A DNA stretch of 64,000 nt. It comes from Cycas panzhihuaensis (lineage: Eukaryota; Plantae; Cycadophyta). Location of the stretch: the NCBI GenBank assembly GCA_023213395.1, contig CM041465.1, positions 121,775,741-121,839,740 of the forward strand, given 5' to 3'. Positions within the stretch are counted from its first letter, which is position 1, and every line of letters begins with the position of its first letter. Below, one piece after another: positions 34,222 to 45,113 of this stretch. The position numbers and the translations under genes were made by a program. The notes under the pieces were generated by a model. It ran no database searches. It was not told the origin of the DNA and saw only the letters and a list, made by a program, of their open reading frames with translations.

Positions 34222-37200
34222 ATTTCCATACAATCAATGATATGAAACCTTCCTTAATGACCATAATCATCATCATTATGGAGTCTTTGCCATGGAATTT
34301 TATATTATAGGTTTTTTAAAGTTATATTATATATTTTTCATAATAATGTTAGCCATTTTATTATGATACTATAGACTAGTCTAGCAAAGTATAGGATAAT
34401 ATAATATAGTATTTTATGTTATGTTATATTAATTAAACTTACATAGGTATAAAATAAAAATAATTATTGTTTCTATAGAATTGATCTATTTTAATCTATG
34501 CTCTTCAAGAGGAGTTATGATACCAAAACTCATTTGTTTTCCATGAAAACTATCATTTTAAGAAAACATCTCCATAATAATTATTTATCATTGTTTTGAT
34601 TTTAATATAATATAAGATATTATATTATATTAGAATATTATGGATCATTGTTGGGATAAATCTAGTACCTGGGCAATTTTAGGCAATTAAAAGGTAGGAA
34701 TGCATGCTTGTTGTAATATAAGGAATGTACGAATGCATCACCAAGGGTATGTATAGTACAATGTAAGATCAAAATTAGTGAAAAATATTCAAAATTGAGC
34801 TCTTAGGGAATGCATAATAGGTTGCATTCCCAAATGGAATGCAACATAGACAATAATGCATGTGAAACACACAGTGAAGAATGTATAGAACACATGTCCA
34901 GATCAAGGCCGTATATTTTAGGGATACTAACGTCACATTGAGTGATACATTCATATGGTTGTACAGATAGAAAATTATGTTTGAAGGCTTAATAAATGTA
35001 ATTATGTAAAAAAGTGTTTTGGTTATAAAAAGGTATAGTTGTAACAATAAGTCACAATCATTCCTTAAAAGGGCACGTATAGTGCTTTTAGTGCTCAATC
35101 AACTACCATTTTGGTGTGAGAATCGAATATTTGAGTCATATGTTATGTTGTCAAGTGTAAAAGCTTAATAATTATATTGGATGACATGTTTTATATGAAA
35201 TGCATGTAGAATGTTCCCTCTCAATGATGTACATACATTAATAATGATATTACTTAATGAAATAATAAGTTACATAGAAATATTATATATTTTGTACATC
35301 ATGTTAAAATAATAGGCATGGTGATGATGCTATGATGATGATTTATTATTATGATGTTTATACAAGAAGTGTGAACATTATTATATTGATCAAACTCAAA
35401 CTAGACTAGTAAACAATGACCTTTTTGATAAGTTTTCTTTTAGAGAGTGAAAGTTACAAGTCAATATTGGTTTCATTGCCTACATCTATTGAGGAAGGGC
35501 TAGGCTAGAGTTTCACCACACATGTTATCCCTAAAGGCCAAGAAAACCTTGGTTGTTGTCATGATGGTAGGTTGTAACTAAGCTTTCGATAGCCAAGGAA
35601 CCTTTCAATGCCCACCTAAATACCCTTTAAAGGCAGGAAAACTACCGAAAAAACCTTCAACTAAAGGAATATAAGAATCTAGAAGACAAAAGGCTTTAAG
35701 ATGGATCTAAAGAGGCAAAATTAAGAAGGGTTAGAAGGTTAAGCCTTGATAAAAATGACAGAACTAAATGATAGTCCATTGAAAGGTTTAAGACAAGTGG
35801 TGCCTAAACACCCCAAGAATAAAGAATTAAAAGTTATGAAAACCAAATAGTAATAACACCTACCCCAATTGAAGTTGATATATTTAGCCCAAAGAAGGAA
35901 GAAAAAGAGATTCCAAAAGAAAGTAATATATCTTATTGGTAACCCTAAAGAAGAAAGAACGTATAAGTGTGAATTTTACTCTGAAGGACCTAAGCGACCA
36001 TAAGGAAAAAGTAGAGAAGGGTCTCTCAACATATTGAAATAATCATTTAACAAGATAATTATTTGAAGATTCACTAGATTAAAGGGTTTGAGCAATCATT
36101 TCTGATAATAGCACTATTAAGAGTGCAAATACAAAGAGTGCCAGAGCTTATCTATCTAAAACCATGTTTTAAGAATCCTTTGTTTGTAAGGGAGAGTGTT
36201 GGGAGTACACCTAGAATATCACTAAAACCTAATATAGTGGAAGAGGAAGAGATACCTCTAAAATAAAAAACTACACCACTTAAATCCCTAAGGAGAGAAA
36301 TTTCACCACCTTCACCAAAAATGGATGACTCAAGGGAAGTTGATCTTCAATGATACATCAAATGTTGTTTAAAATGTTTATTGTTTTTAGAATTTGGTAT
36401 ACGTAAAGAGAATTATAGATAATCATAAAATCAAGGTAAGATTTGCATGTACTTTGAGGGGAGTACCATTACCATGGTACAAAAAATTGGATAAAGCAGA
36501 AACTTGAAAAAATATCAAAAAGTAGTTTGAGGAGATATTTCAAAAATTTCTCTGCAATGAAGTTGTTGAATTGCACTAAAGGGAATCAAGTAGAGACCTA
36601 ATAAATAAGTGTTAACTTATATAAGTCACAAAAAAATCATAATGACTAATATGATGAATGAGAATATCACATATCATAATATGCAAAACTATTTTGTCAA
36701 ATAACTAAATGAGAAATTAAGATAAATGATGCAAATGTATCCATTGAAATCTTTAAAAAATGCTCAAGAATTGGCCTTAAATTTTACAATGGATGCCCAA
36801 ATATGAGATAATTCATTATTATTGAGATTGCAATAAAAATTATAGGAAATCAACAACAACACAATCAGAAAATCTTTTAGGTGAAAAAGACAAGGGAGGA
36901 ATCTGAGGTGGAAGCCCTTAGAAAAGAAGTAGCAAGAATAAAAATGAAAAATAAAAAAAGACCAAAAAAAATAGAAAGGTAAAAGGAAGAAGGGAAAAGA
37001 ATTTGAATTGATAAATGGTGTCATATCTGCAATGACGATTCATATTCTATGAAAGAATATGAACTAAACCCTAAAAATAGTATTATGAGAAAGCAAGATA
37101 AGTAGTGTCACATTTTTGATGTGGACAACCACAATACAAAGGATTATTATTTTAATCTAAATGGACGAAGTTATAAAGGTAGAGGTAGAGACAAAGGCAC

Positions 37201-40200
37201 AAACTCAGTTAGGTACCTGTATGTTACCAGAAATATGTTTGAAGCATCGAAGAAAAAGGTGGCAATAGGAAGGTGCCTAGTATGCTTTGAGTTCAGCCAC
37301 TAGAAGTTTGGTTGATTAATGGTTAGGATACATAAGTAATGTTCATTTCTATGTAAAGATTGTAAACTAAGGGATCATATGATAGAGGATTATAAAGGGA
37401 AAGCCAAGGTCACGGATTTGATGACCAAAGAAAAGGTGATAGACGATTATCCCAACCCTAAGATAAAGATAGATCGCTTTGAAATTGCCAAGAGAACATT
37501 AGAAGAGGCAGTGAGAAAGAAAGAAGAGAATAAGATGCCAATGGGCAAACTAGTAACGAAATATATTTATATGAGGAAAATAAGCCTAAAGGGAAGGAAC
37601 CTATGATCAAGGAAGCACAACCAAAACTACAACCATATGTAGTCTAAGCATAGAAGTTACTTAAGGGATTACTAATGGAGGATATATCTCATATGTACTA
37701 TTAATAGAGAATTCAGTGAAGCAATTGCAATAAACCATTCCACTAGAACAAGTCATTGAATGGATTAAAAAGAGTGCACTACAACATAAGGAGTCTATAA
37801 AGAGATTGAAGAAAGTAATACCCTCATTTGACCTTGATCCCACAGCTACCATTATAGTTTTGGGTGAAACATTTTATGAATATATTATCCAACTACCTTG
37901 AGCCTAGTAGTGAATGTATTATCCACAATAACATAAAAAAAACTAGGAAGTCCAAAGTTGGAAGTCGTAATATATTCATTGAAATTGGCCAATGAATTCT
38001 TGGTTAAAGTAGTGGGCAAGCTATCAAATATTGAAGTGAATATAGCAGATATTGTGGTGCGTATTAAAGTGGTTCTTCCTATATTAGGAAAATGAAAATA
38101 TTCAGTCAAGATGGTCATCGACAATGCCTCCAACACAGCGATTGCCAATGATGAAATGCCATCAATATTTGAAAAATGACTTTATATTATGTAGTAGAGA
38201 AATCAACAAAATTAATTAATTCACATGAATATGAAACCAATTATTTTAGAGCGTTGCCTGCAAATAGTTTCTCAGATGAAGGGGCGAAAAAATTTATAGA
38301 TTGTTAAATGCAAGAGTCCTATGAAGTTAACCCTTCACCCTTTCGATGTAACCTACTTTCTATACATACTTCTGATGGAATGAATAATAAAATTGATAAT
38401 TTTGAGTATCTTGGTGTTCTGTGTAGTGAGAAGCTAGTAAATAAGGTCGAAAATGTATGTATGGATGATGGTTCTTTTGTTAGTTTAAAATCGTAGAGTT
38501 AAAATCCTTATCCTTAGACCCCCAACCGTAACCCTAACCTTAACCTAAATTCAAACCCTAATCCCTTGTCTTGGCCTAATCTTAACCCCAACCTTCCTTC
38601 TACCTTAAGGTGTGGTTCCTCATAAATCTTTACCTACCTCAAGGGAGAGAGTAGCAACTCTTCCCCATCCTCTCTGCAGGTATACCAACCTAGTGATTGA
38701 CCCTTCCCCTCAAAAAATAGTACACCTAAAAGTGATGGATAAGAAGGAAAAGTTTTTTAGATAACAAAGAAAGAGGAAAAGAAGCAAAAGGTGTAGCTTA
38801 TCAAGTACTAGAAAAAAAAAGGCGTGACAATAAGGGATGGACCCACTGAGAGTACTCCAAGAGATTCTAGTTTAGGAGATAAGATAACCATCCTTGAAGA
38901 TAAGAAATTTGGTCACCAAGTGGCCCTTTTCTTCAAAAAACAATTATATGGCATGACCCATTTGATCCCATGCATGGACTATTGGATTGAAAAGAGAATA
39001 GTAGACAAGTCATGTTGGGACTTAGACTTTGCATTAACCTTACGAGGGCATGCATTGTATTGGTACTTAACCCATCAAAACTCTTTTTAGAAGTGGGTAC
39101 ATATTTAGATAAGCTTACAATTATGATTTTATCCCCTAGAAAAATTAAGCATTCCTTTATTTTTTATAGGAGATTACCCTAGAAAATACATCCAAAAGTA
39201 TAAAAACTTTTAGGTATCTCAGAGATACCTTAAGTGTAACTAGAGTCATTTATTTTACCATACCTTAGGGAAATTAGAAAAGCAATGGTTACTTGATAAG
39301 GGAAAAAACTGAAAAGCATACTAGCATAACTTGAAAAATTCCTTCATTAAAACATTTTTACAATCATCTCATGACAAAACCATAGATAAGGTGCTTAAAT
39401 AAATTAGGAGATCAAGTATAGAACAATCAAAACTTATCTAATTAATAAGAACTATAGAAAGTAAGAAAAAATAAAAGAAGGAAACCCATATTTTTCCTTC
39501 ATAATATATATTGAATTATAATACAATGATTGAGATATTGAAGATACTCCAACTTACTAGATTACAAATGATAATAAGGTAGAAGTAGACAAGAAACAAA
39601 CAACTGAGATTAATCTGAGAAGTAAAGAAAATCCTCGCAATGTCACTATTAGAAATTATTGGGATAACAAAATAGTGGTTGAAGCATGAATATTGTTTGA
39701 AGAATACAAGGATATATTTACTTATTCTTATAAAGACCTAAAAGGCATCCCCCTAAATATTGAAATGCACTATATTGGCCTAATTAAAAGAGCCAAGTTG
39801 GTAAAGCAAAGGCCCTATCGGATGAATCCAAAATGCAAGGAGAAAGTAAAAGCCGAATTGGCTAAGATATTGAAAACATGTTATATCTATGAAATTGACT
39901 ATAGTGATTAGGTAAGCCCAATGGTAGTGGCACTACAAAATAATTTAAAAGTAAGAGTATGTGCAAACTATAGATAGCTAAGTTAAATAATTGAAAAAGA
40001 TCCATTTATCATTCCTTTTATGGAGGATGTATTAGAAATGATAGGAGGCAAAGAGGTTTATTCCTTTACGAATAGATTTAGTGGATATAGTTAGGTTCAT
40101 ATTACTCCCGAAGATCAGGCTAAGGCTACCTTCATAACATAGTGGGGAACATACGCCTATAAGGGAATGCCCTTTGGGTCAACTAATGCACATGTTATAT

Positions 40201-42739
40201 TTTAACACATCACGGTTATATTTTCAAAATGATGATAGAATAAAAAGTAATTATATCTTTTTATGATTGGACTTTATATGGCATAATGAAAAACCATATA
40301 GATAATTTGAGAGAAATGTTGCAAACATGGAAAGAAAATAACCTCTATTTAAATTAAGAGAAATATATTTTTTTAGTTCCATCTGAAAACTCGTTGGGCC
40401 ATATTATAATTAAAGAAGGATTATTGATAGACCCAACAAAGTTATATGTAATTTTATATTTTTTAATTTCGTTAGTAAGAAAATGATCAAAAGGATTTTT
40501 AGGACTAATTGGCTACTGCAGAAAGTTTATTAAAGGGTATGCATATATATATTAGAACCCCTAGAAGAATTATTGAGAAAGGACATTGAATAAGAAGGGG
40601 GAGAAGAATAGGAAGAAACATTTGAGTTCTTGAAAAGAGCGATTATATCAACACCTATTCTTCGCTTTCTAGATTGGGACAAAATCTTCCATATGCATGT
40701 TGATATATCACAATATACCATTAAGTGTGTGCTCGCTCAACTAGGAGAAACTAATATCAACCACCCTATCTACTTTACTAGCAAAAAATTATAGGGTGGA
40801 GCAAAACTATATGACAACCAAAATGAAAGGCCTTGGAATGATATATACTCTACAAAAATTTCAACACTATCTACTATCAAATCCATTTATTTTTTATATG
40901 GATAATCATGCATTGATGTACCTTATGAATAAGCTTATATTGAAAGGGGGAATTAGCAAATAACTTATGTTATTCCAAAAAATTTACTTTCAAAATTATA
41001 GTACCTAGGAAAGCACATATGATACCTAATTAATTATCATAAATTAACAATAGGGAAGAAGCTTTAGGAGTTTTAGATGATTTTCTAGATGTGACATTTT
41101 ACAGTATTATATCAATTCCTAAATAATGGTATGAAGGAATCTGAGAGTATCTTATAATAGGTTAACTACCACCAAAGCTAAACAAAATTGAATAAACATA
41201 TTTAGTTCAAAAAGTATAATCATGTCAACTTATCCAAGATAAATTATATCATCTAATGCCAGATGAGGTACTTCGATGTTAAGCCACATAAAACTAAGCA
41301 AATAATAATCCAGACATATGAAGGTGTAGTCAAAGGACACATGGGCAAGTTGGAAATATGGAGGAAGGTGTTATTAATAAGATTTTGGTGGCTTACTATA
41401 TTTAAGGATATTAAAAAATGGATTAAGAAATATATCTATTATCAGTGAGTTGGAAAGCCAAGTCATTAGGACTTTTAACCTCTTAAATCAATCTTACCGT
41501 TGGCACCATTCAAGAAATAGGATCTTGACTTTGTTGGGATTATCAAACCAATAGCTCAACAATCCTAAGCTTGATATATTTTAGGTAGAAGAAAGGCCAT
41601 TAAGAAAAGCATATTTTGAAGCTAGATTTCTATATGAAATGATTATCACACATTACGAGTATCCATTAGAGATTGTAAGTGATTAAGGTTCATATTTGCT
41701 AAACTAAGTAATGGAGGACTTGACATCTAAATTTCTTATCAGTCATAAGAAATCAATGCCCTATTACTCTAAAGCAAATGGACAAACAAAGAATTTGAAT
41801 AAAACCATTAAAAACTATTTATAGAAAATTTGTGATACAGGTAAGATCAAATTGGGTAGAAAAGTTACCGTCAGTATTATGGGCTTTCCACATAATATAC
41901 AAAAGAGTAATTGGACAAATAGCATTCTACTTGATGTACAAAATGGAGGCCATCATTTTAATTGAGTTTGAAATTCTAAATCTAAGAGTCACCATGTCTT
42001 ATTGACTTAATGATTTCAATTATTTATAAGTAATATTACAACTATTGTTGTAGCTTTGATGAAATAAGGCATAAAGAAAAATGGTTACATAATATAAAAA
42101 AGATGCAACATAAAGCATGGCATGATTATCACCTAAAAGCACCACAGTTTTAGGAAGGTGACCAAGTCTTGTTGTATAATAATAAATTTTATATGCACAT
42201 AGGGAAATTAAAATTGTGATGGCTTAGACCATATATCATTGACAAGATTTTTTACAATGATTCGATGAGATTGAAGGAGATCGATGGGTTGTAACAACCA
42301 ACTTTGGTCAGCGATAATTGGTTGAAACTCTACCATAGTTAAGATAAAACCATCATACCAAAGGAATCAACTGGTGTGTGTTGTGCACCTATTCATCTAC
42401 AAGTCATTTACCAAATGAATAAGACAAGTACAAGGAACACCCATCATGATGGAAACATAATATCATTAAGATAGGGAATTGCATCTGGTCCTCTCACAAC
42501 TAAATGCAAACCCAATGGTACATATAAAGCCAACTAGTCGACGAGACCTACAACAATGAGACTTTTGCAAAATAATATTCAAATCCTTCCCATCCCATAT
42601 ACATACACACATTGTCCTATCCTTATTTATTTATAACATTTCAATGGTTTCAACCACTGTTAGTTACAACGAGAACAATTAATAATAGTTGGCTCATTAC
42701 ATCAATTTGTATTAAAAAATACATCTAGATTACTCTTGG

Positions 42740-43230
42740 ATTGTAGTCCTTAACTGCAATCCACTTGTAATTATATTCATGCTGCAATTGGCTTACAATC
42801 CTAATTGTGATCAACTCATATTTATGGCCTCGATTGTGATCAACTTGTACTTGTGACCCTGACTGCGATTAACTTGTACTTGCAGCCTTGACCATGGTCT
42901 ACTCGCAACCATGACCCGATTCGTGATCTACTCGCAACCATGACTTGGATTGCAATTAGCTTGCAACCATGATCAATATCCAAACTGCAATTTGCTTGCA
43001 CTCTCAACCCCAACTGTGATCGTCTTATACTCATCACCTAGGTTGCGATATACTAGCGACCAACTATGATTAACTCATAGTTATGACCTTGAATGTGATT
43101 CACTCATACTCGTGATTCAAGTCACGATCTGTTCATAATTGCACTATAGCTACTATCTACTCGCAATCACTTTCTATGACTACAATCTGATCGTAGATCG
43201 ATTATAATCTGCTCATAGTCTGACTTCATC
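42740..43230. repeat. Degenerate ~25-30-bp tandem array inside the gypsy C 3' LTR
   Basis: Recurrent GATC(A/T)ACT(C/T)G(C/T)A...(A/G)TGACC units. Confidence 0.8.
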
Positions 43231-43469
43231 TATTTGCAGACTTACAAAATTTTAGAATTCTTTTCTAAAATTGTGTGTGTAGTTTTGCCCACACACATCT
43301 CCCCTGTCACGAAACTAACAAGTGCCCTCACTTGTTTGAAAAGGAGAAAAAAATCCTTCTTTTACCTATTCCTTCCCCCTAACAAAAATAATAAACAACA
43401 TTTGTTCACATATCATTCAACTCCTTACGCAATCTATTCATTACTTACTGAATATAATTTGTATCAAAC

Positions 43470-44353
43470 CTTACAATGGTTGGCAGAATTTGAACACCCT
43501 GTGACTGGTAATGATCCACAAGAATTGCAAGATCTCTTAACATATCTAATTGCTCTAATGTTAGTTTTTCTCCCCTATGCAACTTTTGATTCTCTTTCAT
43601 TGCCTCAATGTGCATCTATTCTATCCTTGATAATTCTTGTCGTGGGTGACATATCTTAGTCCAAAATTTGGTCTACATCTTCCTCTGTCTCAAATATCCA
43701 CGCACCTAACTTATAAATTACTTCATATAATCCTGGGGAAATTTCTTGGTGAAAGTGATCTTTAAAAGGTTAAACTTTAGAGGTAATCTCATTGATATTT
43801 TATACCCAATTCAAAATAAATTTATTTAAAAACTCCAAGTGGGCTTTTGTTGCTGCCAACTTTTTTTCAAGTCTCTTAATCCTTTGCATGTTTAGCAAAG
43901 GTCTTCTAGTCCTTTGTTCTATCTCAGTCACGAGTTGCCTTGTTACCCTTGCCGGGAAGGAAGTCTTCCACTGTGATACATTATGCGGGTCATAACTCAT
44001 CGGTTGTAGGTCTTCTTCTAAATAATCCTCTGATTGATTGAATTCTACCTTTGGTACTTGATTATTTAATATTTCTAAAATTTATTGTTGTCTTTTCTTT
44101 GCTGCTAATTTTCTTCTAATTTGTTTCTCCTTTTCTTCATATTAACGGTTCAATTGTTCTTATCTTTTTCTACAATCGTTCTACTCCTTCTTGACCTGTG
44201 GCAGGTTCCTCTTCTACCTTCTATTTCCCTTCTCTTATTTCTGCTTTTCTGTTCTCTTCCTTTTTTCTCCTATGATTCTGTGTCCTTACTCAAGTCCGCG
44301 AGGTTGCCTCTACTCACGGTTTCTCCTCTAACTCTTCCTCATTTGTTGGACAT
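43470..44353 (-). pseudogene. Degenerate accessory ORF 2 of gypsy C (charged, coiled-coil-like)
   Basis: One frame from ATG at 44353 through ORF 43800..44000 (QRIKRLEKKLAATKAHLEFL), interrupted only by isolated stops. Confidence 0.5.
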
Positions 44354-44399
44354 GACTAAGAAGTGGTCACCTACCACTGTAGGTGGAGCTAGTTACTAA

Positions 44400-45113
44400 C
44401 ATGTTCATGTAGTTTAGTCAATGACAAAGAACCTCATCCATGCTCTCTTGAACATAACTCTGTCCATTTTGTTAGTAAAGGTTACCCTTCCTTAACCTTT
44501 GGAAATTGAATTCTTGGGCATTATGAGAACAATAACCCTTGAAATAAAGTAAGATAAAAAAAATAAGATGGACTGAGCAACACCTTTTACAACTTCCAAA
44601 ATTTTTAGAAATTTACTAGAGACAAACCTTGCCTAATTGAACTTTTATCTTTTCGTAACCTTAATTAACATAGTATGCAAGTGCATTGGCACAAATAAAT
44701 TCTTCTGTCCTAAAATTACCTTTATAAATAGGAAATGATCTATCCACTACATTTCTTTACATGAAATTCCTGAAATCTGAATTCCTAAACTAGAAACATT
44801 AGATTCTTTTTCTCTAATTTCATGTGTCGCTTGTTCCTTGGATATCTTCTTATCCTTAGGAATGTATGGTCCTTCATTGAGTAATCCCATTACCCTTGTA
44901 ATTACTTCTACCAAAAAATCTAATAGAGATGGTCACTGTGCCACTATTGCAATTGCAGTTTAAACAAAACTATATATGTTTGGAAGAACACCAATCAATA
45001 CATATTGGTTCAATCCCATAGTTGTCAACCTCTTTTTACATTCCTCCTCATGCTTCATTCCTTGCCATTACTTCCTTATTTTATCATTATCTAATTCTTG
45101 AAAGGTGAATGCC
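44400..45113 (-). pseudogene. Degenerate accessory ORF 1 of gypsy C (plant-mobile-domain-like)
   Basis: MAFTFQELDNDKIRK*WQGMKHEEECKKRL...LDFLVEVITRVMGLLNEG...KFN*ARFVS; same motifs as the B2 accessory ORF. Confidence 0.55.

Noticed and set aside
38500-38680. CCCTAA-like repeats resembling interstitial telomere, or an intron (GTATGT at 38455 to CTGCAG at 38679)
   Set aside because: Reads in frame as a Pro/Asn-rich linker (PNRNPNLNLNSNPNP) with only CAA/CAG-type stops; there is no regular heptamer array and no splice is required.
42740-43230. Repeat array as a possible CRISPR-like locus
   Set aside because: Tandem degenerate units without unique spacers, inside a eukaryotic LTR, and no cas genes.
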